Shown: positions 25,099-37,761, counted from the first letter of the stretch. The stretch: DNA of 64,000 nt from Octopus sinensis (GCF_006345805.1 NC_043003.1:84382001-84446000), one strand, 5' to 3'. Numbers and translations: made by a program. Notes: generated from the letters alone by a model not told the origin.

Positions 25099-28093
25099 AA
25101 CAGACGAAACGTGTGTGGACAAAACGTTTTCCAATGGAGAGAAGATAGAGGGAACATATAGTTAGAAAAAGAAAGTAAAGTGAAAAATAAAAATAAAAAT
25201 TTCGAAGGAAAGAATAAAAGAAAAATAAGTAGGAAGGAAACGAAATGAAGGCAAGGCACCAGAGGTGAGGTGGTGGGGAGGAAGGAGAAAGAGAGGAAAG
25301 CGAATAAGACGAATAGGAAGAGGAAAAAATAAGAAGAAGAAGAAGAAGAAGAAGAAGTCAAAAAAGAGGAGGAGGAGGAGGAAAAGGTGGAGACCAATCG
25401 GATGCAGATTCGAATATTAACACCAGTTACAGGTTGACTAATGACGAGATGGATACGTAACCCAGAAGACATATCTACCTCCTGAAATGACCTGTTCATT
25501 GAATTTCTGGTGCATGGCTGTTTGCTTATGTGTTAACAACAACAGGTTTGACAGCACTGGTGCATAAACATTTATTACAATACAACAGCACACGCTTCAG
25601 TGAAAACTGATAGGTTCAATAGATGAACAAGGGGAAAGAAAAAAAGAAAGAGAATAAGAAGTTTTACAAAATACGAAGAACAAAGACTAGAAAACAGAAA
25701 GAAATATATATATATATATAAAGAAAGCAAAATAAAGAACTTTGCATGTATTTGAACACGGTTTCTGAGCGATCGAAATGTATTGACAGAAAGAATTAAG
25801 CCAAACTAGAAACAACTAACTGATGCATGTTCCACCTCGCTTGCATATCCGAACGTGCATAAATAATGCTGATGTGCAAGTCAGTAAAATATATAAGATG
25901 CACGAACATTCGATTTGTGTTGGATCGAAGGGAGGTGTACAGTGATTGTAGAAGCGAACCATCTTCATAGTACACTTCACATAATACTTAATGGTCTTAG
26001 TGTGCGTTGGGTGTGAAATAAGTTCATGTAAAACCACTTTTCCGAAGGGTTAAATTAAACATTTGTATATTTTCCTGCCATATTTATAATCCAAAGCACC
26101 ACTAAATTTCCAGGTGGATTGAAGCAGAATTATGATAATCTATCTCTTTTTAATTTACGTAGTTTTAGCATCAGTGAGTAACTCCTCGCTTCTCACATTA
26201 GAAAACTTAGTTGTTGTTACCTACTCCAGTTAAGTCTATGTAAAAATAAATGAATAATTAATGAATTAAAATTAACTAACTAATCAATTAAGCGCTACTC
26301 TTCCATCTGTTTTATTATTGTCCTTGTAACAGCTCTGTGGTCAAAGTGACCTGTAACGAGGTTTAACCAGTTATAGCACGCTACATACAAGAGTATTTAA
26401 GGTTTAACTTTTCACTCAGCCGTACGGCAATTGCCATCAGCCAGCAAAGTCACTCGGCATATTAGAGGGAAAAAAAGTAGCTAAATTTCCCTCAAATTAC
26501 ATTTTACTATCATCAATTTGAGTTTTCGTGTCTATCACCTACAGATATGCATGTGGAACAATGACCGAAATTGTTGGGAAAATAAAACTTTCGAAAACTT
26601 AAGTAAAATTGTTACCCATATAACAACAAATAAACCATATTCTGCAAAACTAATGAGTCTGATACATAAGCCATACATATACCACTCTTTCTCACCGACA
26701 AACTATGCATTTAAAACAAAAGACCAGAATAATATCACAAGACACGATTATTCATATTTTTAAAGAATCTTTCTATTTGATGGCATAACTAACGTATATA
26801 GGTTTTCAAATGATTAGAATAGTCGAGAAAATTGTGGTAATTATTTCTACAAGTCAAGTTTAACCACGCAGCTGAACATAAATGAGCAGACTAGGGAAAT
26901 GCTTTTCTTGTGGAAGCCTGGCAGTTACTCATACATATAAGTTTCCTCTTTCCACGCTACCAATGTGAATCCAAGAAAAAGACCACTGACTCAGCTTGGC
27001 ACTAATGTCACCGCAGACTTGCTATCAGAATGCAAAGAGCCTAATTACATACCACAAAACATCTAGTCCGGACTTCAAAAAGTTCTCCTAAACCATTGCG
27101 CTAGCACGCACCACACATTGTAGAGAAAGCATATTTGCTGTAGAGATATTTTCTTTAAACTGTGGAATATTTCCTCAGGAAAAAATATCAAATGTTAATT
27201 TTATTAAATTTTTGGAAAATTGTTTGTTTTTTTGTGCTATTGAAATATTTAAATAGAGAGGTAGGGGCTCATGGAGGAATATTGATTTATAAAAATGGGT
27301 CACAATGAAGAATTGTTCGGAACTGATGGCGGAGAGAGAGGCTTTTGAGTATTTGGTTTTTATAGTAGGTGAGAAGTATGTAAATGATGATGATGTTTGT
27401 TGTTTCATTTGTTTTCACATCACTGAAATTTAATTTTTAAAAAAATGCTATTGACGTTATGTATTTACTTTATTTTACAACAGTTAGGTCAAGTTTTAGT
27501 TTACTATTAGGGTGCATAGCTAAGATGTTTCATTTTTTAAATTTTGCGTCATAGTTCGACATCATTATAGTTACCTTGAGATTAGTGCATTGACAGAGTC
27601 GGTGGAACGTCGGACAAATTGCTCTACAATATTCAGTTACACTTTTTTAGTTAGGATTCGAATCCCGCTGAGGTCATCGTTATGGGTTCGCTAATGAAAA
27701 GAACTAGTTAAGCACAGTAGCCCAAATACTGATGATAATGATAATAAATCTCTATTAACGTTTGATATGTGCCAATGTTAAAAACCCTTATACAACTACT
27801 GTAGTCTTTTGAGAGCATTTCTACATACGTTAGTTATGCTATCAACTAGCAATTTACAATCTAATTTTGGGGTGTGTAGTGTGATGATATAACAGCACTT
27901 TGTTGTAAATGCATAGTCTGTCAATGAGAAAGTGTGCTACACGTATGGCTAATTTATCGGAACCATTAATTTTGTAACTTTCATCTTAATATTTGAATTT
28001 GGAAATTACATAGTTGTTTGAAGTTAATTCAGTGGATAAAAGTCTGACGTAACGAAAGTAAAACAGACGCAACAGCACTCTCATGATTCTCAC

Positions 28094-28122
28094 CTAGAAC
28101 GTAAAAGATCAATAACAATCGT
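28094..28122 (-). CDS. Candidate microexon (29 bp), TIVIDLLRS
   Basis: Acceptor TTTAATGATTTTACAG and donor TAG|GTGAGA; phase 0 is open. It could instead be an AG|GT recursive-type site. Confidence 0.3.
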
Positions 28123-28641
28123 CTGTAAAATCATTAAATCCAAAAGATAGGACACGGAAGATCATGAAATGTCGATTACCTTAGGAAATTTAGTGTTCGA
28201 AACGGAAATGTGTGCATTCCTTAGTAAGATAAAGTTAAAACTATGATAAGTCGTATTTTCAATTAAACTTGTCGAAGCCTATTTTATTAACATACGTATA
28301 TACAAAGACGAGCTGTGATCGATTACATATTTCACATGCTTGTAATGTGCTCTCGCGCAAACCAAAAATTACATACTTGCAGCTTTGAAGGGTATATGAG
28401 AGACAAAGGTTCATATGGAAAAAAAAAAAGGTACTAATATTGAGTGAGAAAGACATGAATATTTTTGTTGGTCTCCAGATCAAATATTATCACAGGACAC
28501 AAGTTATATTTTTAAATACACCTTTCTATTTGATAACATAACGGACATGTATAGAATACTTTCAAAAGATTATAGTCGAGGAAGTTGTAAGGATTTCTAC
28601 AACGGCCGTCATCAGTCAAGTTTGAACATGCATCTCGACAT

Positions 28642-28880
28642 ACACTCTTTTACTCTTTTACTTGTTTCAGTAATTTGACTGCGGCCATGCTGGAGCACCA
28701 CCTTTAGTTGAACAAATCGACCCCAGAGCCTATTCTTTGTAAGCCTAGTACTTATTCTATCGGTCACTTTTGCCGAACTTTTAGGTTACAGGGACGTCAA
28801 CACACTAGCATCAATTTCAGGCGATGTTGGGGGAACAAACACAGACGCACAGACATATACACACACATACATATACACAT
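28642..28880 (-). mobile_element. SINE family A, 3' half
   Basis: (ACTCTTTT)2-ACTTGTTTCAGTAATTTGACTGCGGCCATGCTGGAGCACC tail. Confidence 0.8.
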
Positions 28881-29409
28881 ATATACATGAACAGAATAGG
28901 GAATAATTTTTAATACCACCTATACACCGTGGTAAGGGATTTTGCGCCTACACAGCTAGTTTGTAGATATAAGGAAACGAAAGACTGTCAGAAGAACAAT
29001 ATGAATCATACAGGTACCATATATAGTTATATGGCTGTTTTAATTTTACCCTGACAGAACTTGAACCAAGAAAAGACACACACACAATAAATATTGGCGA
29101 ATTTGATGCCAAGGTGAGACCAAAAGCTGGTAATCAAGAAAAAAAAGTCAATGGGAAATTTTAGAATGACAACAGGAAAAACAAGGGTGTAATACTATTT
29201 ATATTTGGAGATTACAGATACTTAAAAATCATGAACACATTCTTTAAGACAAAACTGAATCGATTGTGGAAATGAAAATTTGAAATGGAGAAACAAACAT
29301 GGAATAGACTTTATACTAACAAAGGAATAGAGCATAGTGAAAGATGTGAAAATTCCTTTATAGTTTAGCACGAGAATGACCATTCTCTCATATTAATATT
29401 AATTCTGTC

Positions 29410-29620
29410 TTAGGCGGCGAGCAGAAACGTTAGCACGCCGGGCGAAATGCATAGCGGTATTTCGTCTGTCTTTATGTTCTCAGTTCAAATTCCGCCTAGG
29501 TCGACTTTGACTTTCAACCTTTCGAGGCTTATAAATTAAATACCAGTTTGGTACTGAGGTCGATCTAATCGACTGGTCTCCCTCCTCAAAATTTCGGATC
29601 TTGTACCTAGAGTAGAAAAG
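29410..29620 (+). mobile_element. SINE family B
   Basis: TAGGCGGCGAGCAGAAACGTTAGCACGCCGGGCGAAATG head followed by the GTCGACTTTG domain. Confidence 0.85.
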
Positions 29621-29639
29621 AATATTAATCCTGTCTACT

Positions 29640-30021
29640 CCACGCAAAAGGCCTGCAATTTTAGGGAGAGGATAATTACATCGACTCCAGTACTTGACTG
29701 GTACTTGTTTTATCGATTCTGAATGGATGAAAGACAAAGTCGACCGCGGTGGAATTTGAACTCGGAACGTAAAGACTGACGAAATACCTATTTCTTTACT
29801 ACCCACAAGGGGCTAAACTCAGAATGGACAAACAAGAACAGACAAATGCATTAAGTCGATTACATCGACCCCAGTGCGTAACTGGTACTTATTTAATCGA
29901 CCCCGAAAGGATGAAAGGCGAAGTCGACCTCGGCGGAATTTGAACTCACAACGTAACGACAGACGAAATACCGCTAAGCATTTCTCCCGGCGTGCTAACG
30001 ATTCTGCCAGGTCGTCGACTT
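29640..30021 (-). mobile_element. Dimeric SINE family B (B2 monomer fused to a 5'-truncated B1)
   Basis: Two B domains joined at GAAATACC|TATTTCTTTACTACCCACAAGGGG (29788/29789); the same junction occurs at 44052/44053. Confidence 0.8.
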
Positions 30022-30578
30022 AAATATTTAAATATTATGCGTTAAATTAAGAAACAGCGACGAGTTAAAATTCTGTAAATAGTAATTATAAGCTTTAAGC
30101 TTAATAATACTAGAAAGAGTTAAATTAGTAACAAAAAGAAAAGCCCACAAGTGTATAAAGTCTTCCAAATGAATATAACAAAAACAAAAAAAAATAGAAC
30201 TGAAACGTCAAGATTTAAGATATGAACTAGAAAAACCAAAATGTGGAACACATTGTGACAAGATGATCGACATTATTACAGACACAGGACTCAAGAGATT
30301 TGGAAGGAAGAAACATGCTGAAAAAGAGAACATGTTTCAGAAAATAGTCGAGTTATCGAAGTGAAGGAGTAAAATGAAAAGAAGGCAGTATTCAGAAGAT
30401 GGAATATGCAGACATTTGTAAAACAGTTAGGAAAGGCAAAAAGTGGAAATACAGAAATTTAATTTGCACAAAACTGAACAAGAGGTACATAGGTATAAAT
30501 GCTTTGAAAGAGCATTATTTATGCTTCAGTGAACTTGTAAATTATATTACTCATAGAAGAATTCTATGAGGATTTATA

Positions 30579-30832
30579 AATAAATGCACCCTTTTAAAGC
30601 CTAGCCAGGTTCATGAGCCCGGCTTCCCGGTTTCAATGCCGTATGTGTTCCCCAGCTGGACGGAACGCCAGACCATCGCAGCGTTACTCATTTTTGCCAG
30701 CTGAGTGGACTGGAGCAACGTGAAATGAAGTGTTTTTCTCTAGAACACAACGCGTCGCCCGGTCCAGGAATCGAAGCCACAATATTACGATCATGATGCT
30801 GACACCCTAACCACTAAGCCACGCGCCTCCAC
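30579..30832 (-). mobile_element. tRNA-derived SINE (family E) with a 13-bp TSD
   Basis: Head GTGGAGGCGCGTGGCTTAGTGGTTAGGG...TTCGATTCC. TSD ATGAGGATTTATA at 30566-30578 and 30833-30845. A related degenerate 3' part lies at ~56530-56640. Confidence 0.9.
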
Positions 30833-31089
30833 ATGAGGATTTATACATTGGAAATAAGCTTTTAAAGGTCCTAGAAATTCAAGTAGTTTATGAAGATGAA
30901 GTAGCAGACATTATACGAAGTGATCAGGAATGCATGAAAAGTTACGAAAGTCGGGATATATCAGGGGAAGAGGTAATGCTATTTAGATTCCTCGAAAGAG
31001 AAAAGGGCTTCTTCACTGACTATATCAAACTGAATGAAACACCCAGCGGGTAGGACGGGATTACATTAATTTATACAAGGAAGCTAACA

Positions 31090-31499
31090 GGCGCAGGAGT
31101 GGCTGTGTGGTAAGTAGCTTGCTAACCAACCACATGGTTCCGGGTTCAGTCCCACTGCGTGGCATCTTGGGCAAGTGTCTTCTGCTATAGCCCCGGGCCG
31201 ACCAATGCCTTGTGAGTGGATTTGGTAGACGGAAACTGAAAGAAGCCTGTCGTATATATGTATATATATATATGTATGTGTGTGTGTGTTTGTGTGTCTG
31301 TGTTTGTCCCCCTAGCATTGCTTGACAACCGATGCTGGTGTGTTTACGTCCCCGTCACCTAGCGGTTCGGCAAAAGAAACCGATAGATTAAGTACTGGGC
31401 TTACAAAAAAATAAGTCCCGGGGTCGATTTGCTCGACTAAAGGCGGTGCTCCAGCATGGCCGCAGTCAAATGACTGAAACAAGTAAAAGAGAGAAAGAG
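31090..31499 (+). mobile_element. Full-length SINE family A (tRNA head, CORE-like CTTGGGCAAG block, internal microsatellite, LINE-like tail)
   Basis: A box TGGCTGTGTGG, B-box-like GGTTCAGTCCC, internal (TA)/(TG), tail GGCGGTGCTCCAGCATGGCCGCAGTCAAATGACTGAAAC. Confidence 0.9.
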
Positions 31500-31937
31500 A
31501 TTATAGATCTTAAATATTTCAGAGTCACCAATCTACTTCTTAACTTGCATAAACTATTTTCCAACATCTTCACTGTCTTTATCACGTGTTCATTAATACT
31601 GTCTTTGACTACAGTTAAGCAAAATAACAACCAGGATTGAAAAGGGTTTTAACAAGCGATAAAAATTAATGGCCATGAAATAAGTTATTCACCAACATCG
31701 AAAATATAGACAACTTTTTGTGTTTAGGTCTTAATGGTTACGAGAATTCCTTCCTAAGCATGAATACCTGTGTGCTGTGTAGTGTGCGTTTTGCTTAAAT
31801 CTACTAGGTTAATTTAAATCTGTTGAATATTTATCATGGAAATCTTGTCGGTCTTCTTTAATTCTAATGTATTTGGTGAATGCGTATGTGATTTTGCAAA
31901 AAAGATAAGGCAAAATCTGTTAAATACACGTGAGTGT

Positions 31938-31939
<2 letters not shown>

Positions 31940-31982
<43 letters not shown>

Positions 31983-32368
31983 TATACATGCATATATATA
32001 TGCATATACATGCATATATATATGCATATACATGCATATATATATGCATTATATATATATACATTATATATATAATATATATATATATTATATATATATG
32101 CAGATATGTATGCATATATATGTGAATATATATGCAAGCATATATATATATGCTTATATATATGTATGTATATATGTATGCATATATATGTGAATATATA
32201 TGCAAGCATATATATATATGCTTATATATATGTATGTATATATATTACATATATATATAATTGCATATATATATATAATATATATATATATATTACATAT
32301 ATATAATATGCATATATATATATATATATAGATATATATATATATATACTATATATATATATATATGC

Positions 32369-32410
<42 letters not shown>

Positions 32411-32471
32411 GCATATAATATATATATATATATATATATAATATATATATATTACATATATATATATATAG

Positions 32472-32504
<33 letters not shown>

Positions 32505-32590
32505 ATAGATATATATATATATATATATATATACATTCACATGTATTTAACAGATTACATATATATAATATATATATCACACACATATAT
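31940..32590. repeat. (TA)n-rich microsatellite with TATGCA variants
   Basis: Direct inspection. Confidence 0.95.
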
Positions 32591-33053
32591 ATATATGCAT
32601 ACATATATAATAGCTGAGATGGTAAACGTTTTTAATTTTCATTCCATTTCATGAATTTATACCCCCCCCCTTGTGTATCTAGCACTTGCTTCTTTAATTG
32701 GAAGCCTTTTAATGAATATATAGATATAGATATATATGCATGTGTGTGTGTATATATAGATATATATATATGTGTGTGTGTGTACATATTTTGTATATGT
32801 ATATATATGTATGTATTACCTTCAAAACGCGGAGTATATAAAACAGAGGGCAACTGATGAAGGGAATGTTCTTTTTGTTGCATGTCTCGTTTCTCTGTTT
32901 GTTTGTTCTTTTTCGTTGCTCGAAAAAAGTTCGTTTTCTATGTTTTTGCTTTTTATGTACTCGTTTCTTATTCTGTCCACGTTTTTTTTTGATGTCCTAT
33001 ACCCATATATGCATGTATATATACATATATATGTAGATATGTATACATGCATG

Positions 33054-33113
<60 letters not shown>

Positions 33114-33159
33114 TATAGGTATATATATATATATATACACATATATATATATATAATAC

Positions 33160-33192
<33 letters not shown>

Positions 33193-33193
33193 C

Positions 33194-33226
<33 letters not shown>

Positions 33227-33274
33227 CATATATATACATATATATATATACATATATATAGGTATATATATATA

Positions 33275-35157
33275 TACTTTGATACTTTGATAGGTTTCGG
33301 CCATTATTGGCCCAGGCCATGTCTAACTTAATAGCACCACCTGGTGAAGTCTTTCAAGACAGAATTTGGGCACTATGGCCCACTCAAGTAGAGAGTTATT
33401 GTTTACAGAGACATATCCGGGTGTAGGGGGTTTATCCGGGATTTCTTGAAGGAATCTGTCCAAAGACCTCTTGAACCCTATAGGGTCAGTTTCTGTTTTA
33501 ATGTGTTTTGGTGTGATGTTAAAGAGAGCGGGGCCAATTGAGGTGAAATAATTGTGCCGTATTGTTGTTATGAGATGAGAGTGCGATTTTTGTTTTGGGC
33601 GGATGGCACGGGGCCCAAGCCTTGGATGTACCTTAAAGGTGATGCCAACATCATTTGGGCAATGCTGATGGAATATTTTCCACATCATGCAGATGATGAG
33701 AGACGTTGGAGAGAATAGAGTTTTAGCTTTTCTATCTTTTTTGTGATTGCCCTTTGAGGTGCTTCAACTTTTATGATACCTTGTATTGTGTGGGGAGACC
33801 ACAGTGGACAACAGTATTCAAGGTGGGGTCGGGCAAAAGTGGAGAAGAGAAGGATAATGGTGTGGATATCTCTCGACTGGAAAGTTCTGAGAATCCAGGA
33901 ACACATTCTGCGGGCCATGTCAACTTTGGTGTTTATATGAGTGGCCCAGCTTATGTTGTTGTCCATAATTACTCCCAAGTCTCTGATGTTGTTGGACGCC
34001 GCGAGAGTTTCACCTGAAGGAAGGGAGTATGGGAGTTTCAGGGCATCCTCTTTTCCAAAGTGGATTAGCTCAAATTTATCCTCGTTCAGCAGCATATTGT
34101 TTTTTTCTGCCCATTGGATAACAGCCAGTAGATCTGACTGAAGGCATGTCCGGTCACACGCCTCATTTATGACCTTCTGTAGCTTGGAGTCATCTGCAAA
34201 GATTTTTATGTTGCTGTGCTTGATGATGTCATTAATGTCATTAATGTAAATGATGAAAAGAAGTGGGCCCAGCACAGTGCCTTGCGGAACGCCACTACTG
34301 ACTTTGGCTGGGCTTGATTTTACCCCTTCAACTACAACATGTTGAGATCTGTCTGTCAGGAAACACTTGATCCATTTCAGTAACTTTCCAGAGACACCAA
34401 TGTTGGATAGTTTTTTCAATAGGATCTTGTGATCGACCCTGTCGAAAGCCTTACTGAAATCAAGGTAGATGACATCGGTGTTGGAGCCCTCTCCCAAAGC
34501 TCTCAAAATGTCCTCAAAGTGATGCAGGAGCTGCGTTAGGCAGTCCCTTCCATTACGGAACCCATGTTGGTTGGAGATCAGCCGTCTGTTGCTTTCCAGA
34601 AATTGGGTTATTCGAGATCTCACCACCCTCTCAAATACCTTGATGATATGAGAGGTGAGTGAGATCGGACGGTAATTCACTGCAAGGGACTTGTTTCCCT
34701 TTTTGAAAACTGGGACAACAGACTGGGACAGAAGGTTTTTTGGAATATAGCCAGCATCCAGTGAGTTTCTCCACAGATTAGCAAGGGGAGATGCAAGTTG
34801 GTGTCGACACACCTTCAGGACACAAGCAGGGAACCTATCGGGGCCTACTGCTGAATTGTGTTTTATTTCATTTATCGCCGCTAAGACATCAGGGGCACTA
34901 AACGTTATGTCCGATATAGTGTGTTGGGGGTTGACATCACTGATACAGCCCAGATCGGCCATATCAGGATTGCTGAAAACAGAGCAGTATTGTTTCTGCA
35001 GTATCTCGGCCATGGATTTGGCATTATCTTGGAGAGTGCCAGTTTCGTCAATTAGAGGGCCTACAGTGGAGACAGTGACCCTGCGTTTCCTCGCAAATGA
35101 AAAGAACACTTTGGGGTTGAGTTTGATTTTTTTCAATGGCCCACTTCTCCTCAGCTG
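33275..35157 (-). mobile_element. 5'-truncated CR1/L2-group non-LTR retrotransposon with (TATCAAAG)2 tail
   Basis: ORF2 remnant plus 3' end, with both ends embedded in (TA)n-rich microsatellite. Confidence 0.9.
33323..35157 (-). pseudogene. LINE ORF2 reverse transcriptase pseudogene
   Basis: RT motifs [41 protein letters not shown] and [11 protein letters not shown]. There is a +1 frameshift in the A7 run at ~35127-35133 (EEKWAIEK|IKLNPK) and two small deletions near 33700-33730. Confidence 0.9.
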
Positions 35158-35293
35158 ATATATATATCTATATATGTATGTATATCTATATATATATAGG
35201 TATATATATATATGTATATCTATATATATAGGTATATATATATATGTATATCTATATATATATAGTATATATATATATATATATCTATATATA

Positions 35294-35331
<38 letters not shown>

Positions 35332-35811
35332 TATATATATATAGGTATATATATATATATCTATATATATATATAGGTAATATATATATATATCTATATA
35401 TATATATATATATCTATATATATATATATATATATCTATATATATATAGGTATATATATATATCTATATATATATATAGGTATATATATATATATATGTA
35501 TATCTATATATATATAGGTATATATATATATATATGTATATCTATATATATATATAGGTATATATATATATATGTGTGTGAGTAATCATATATATATATA
35601 CGTCTATATATATACGTATATATATACGTATATATATGTATACATATGTGTATATATATGTATACATATGTGTATATATATATACATGTATACATATGTG
35701 TATATATATACATGTATACATATGTATATATATATATATATATATGTATACATATGTGTATACATATATATGTATACATGTGTATACATATATATGTATA
35801 CATGTGTATAC

Positions 35812-35891
<80 letters not shown>

Positions 35892-36019
35892 GTGTGTATA
35901 TATATATATGTATATATATATATGCATATATGTATGTATACACGTACTTAAATGTGTGCGAATGAGCGTACGCGCGCCTAAGTATGCGGAAATTTGTGTG
36001 AATGTGTGTAATACATATT

Positions 36020-36910
36020 ATTGCAAGGAGATAACTAATGTCCATACAGATACGAAATATCAGCGATAAAAATCTCTCTATAAAAGAGCACTTAGATTCT
36101 GGTCCACAACCGAAGCGCATGATCAAAATTTTTCACAGAGCTGAGTAACAACAGCTATTCTGCCAAACTAACAGACGAAGCCATAGAAAACTTGAAACAC
36201 TAATACAATGTAAAAATAAACATCAGACATCAAACGTATTAAAATTCACGAGCCAAACATAAAGTGTGTTTAATAAGACAACTACATATTAACTACAGGA
36301 TAAATGAACACATCAAAAACCTCATAAAACAGAACACCAACTTCATTATATCAAAGCATAAAGTAACACTAATACTATATTATGAATTCACTTAAATTTA
36401 TAAAAAGCATTTTTCGTTAAAAAAAAGTCTAGACATCTATACACACGAACAGGTTATCAGTACCAAAGTGATTAATTCGATTGCAAAACGTCAACGTTGC
36501 AAACTTCATGACTCCAACTATTATATTGGTCATACAACTTCGACACCATTTCGCTGGTTATGCACACATTACCAGTAGTCATTGTAAAGTGCTACACCTT
36601 AGAGTACAAAACACTACACTAATACAAAAGGAAATTTATACAGGAAAACATGAATAGATAAAACATCAAAATTTTTCAAATACGTGACAAATATATAATA
36701 CCAATGAGGAGGCCATACATGAAGTACAGAACTGAAAACAAAAGCAAGATACAGATAATCAGAAATAAAAATTTGACACTTGTGGATGACGTATAAATCT
36801 AATGGTCAAAAGTAAAATTTTGCTGATCAATCACCAGCAACATACGCCATTCACATCCTTATCCTGAAGATGGGACTAAGAAGTTCTAGAAACACAGATG
36901 TGAGATTTAG
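36020..36910 (+). mobile_element. Decayed Penelope-like element 3' portion (RT thumb, linker, GIY-YIG, hammerhead)
   Basis: [20 protein letters not shown] (36039), ELSNNSYSAKL, TKVI...QRCKLHDSNYYIGHTT (YIG at 36522-36530), then a hammerhead core at 36864. Confidence 0.7.
36857..36909 (+). ncRNA. Type I hammerhead ribozyme-like motif (decayed)
   Basis: CTGAAGA, stem II TGGGAC/GTTCTA, GAAA, stem III ACA-CAGA-TGT. Position 17 is G (non-canonical); stem I is ATC/GAT with one extra base. Confidence 0.6.
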
Positions 36911-37041
36911 GAACTTCAAGTTTTAAGTAAACTGCAACGACTCGTACAAATAAATAATACTAGTATGTCGTATCTTCGAATCAACACACACATGAAAACA
37001 CACAAATCAATGTGTGTGTGTGTGTGTGTGTTTCTATGTGT

Positions 37042-37090
<49 letters not shown>

Positions 37091-37137
37091 GACAAACGTA
37101 AATGTATGTTTGCATTTTGTATTAGAATATACATGTT

Positions 37138-37173
<36 letters not shown>

Positions 37174-37189
37174 ATATATATATATGATA

Positions 37190-37729
37190 GCTAGAGGCGA
37201 TCCAACGAAGCTACACAAAGATAGCCTCTATGCAGAATGTAAGCTACTGGGAAAGACTCAAGAGATTAAAATTATATTCCCTGGAGCGTAGGCGGGAAAG
37301 ATATGCGATAATATACATCTGGAAGATCCTGGAGGGAAGTGTCCTGAACTTTGGCATCGAGAGTTACGCAAATGCCAGAACTGGGCGCCACTGCGTGGTG
37401 CCTAGGACTCCAAACCTGCCATCAAGATGTAGGACAAGATTCTGTGATAGCCTGGGCTTCCGAGGCCCACAGCTCTTCAATATCCTCCCGAAGAACCTGA
37501 GAGACCTGCATGGGGTGGATACAGATGTCTTTAAAATGAAGCTGGATCTCTTCCTGTCAGGTGTCCCAGATGAACCAACTTCACGGCAGGAGGGGCAGAT
37601 GAGGGCAGCTGCATCGAACTCTCTCATGCACCAAATAGCAGTTGCTAGAAAGCCTCCATGAAGTGAAACCAAGTAGCAACACCAAATGGCGGTGCCCCAG
37701 CATGGCCACAGCTCATAAGCTGAAACTAG

Positions 37730-37760
<31 letters not shown>
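37190..37760 (+). mobile_element. 3' fragment of a second CR1/L2-group LINE with (AATC)n tail
   Basis: [31 protein letters not shown]...GPQLFNILP..FKMKLDLFL..VPDEP. The 5' end abuts (TA)n. Confidence 0.85.

Positions 37761-37761
<1 letters not shown>

Larger units (their letters stand above)
29050..31030 (+). mobile_element. Decayed RTE-clade LINE (APE endonuclease plus linker), interrupted by SINEs
   Basis: Peptide remnants INIGEFDAKV (~IIGDFNAKV), LKIMNTFFK..NRLWK, IDFILT, EYADICKTVRK and FYEDLY, with many stops and frameshifts. Confidence 0.7.

Noticed and set aside
21017-25499. K/E/R-rich, V/G-rich and F/L/S-rich ORFs
   Set aside because: They come from purine-rich (GA)n and (GGT)n low-complexity DNA.
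32846-32935. CTGATGAAG hammerhead-like half core in a TA-flanked fragment
   Set aside because: No stem II/GAAA partner at a plausible distance.
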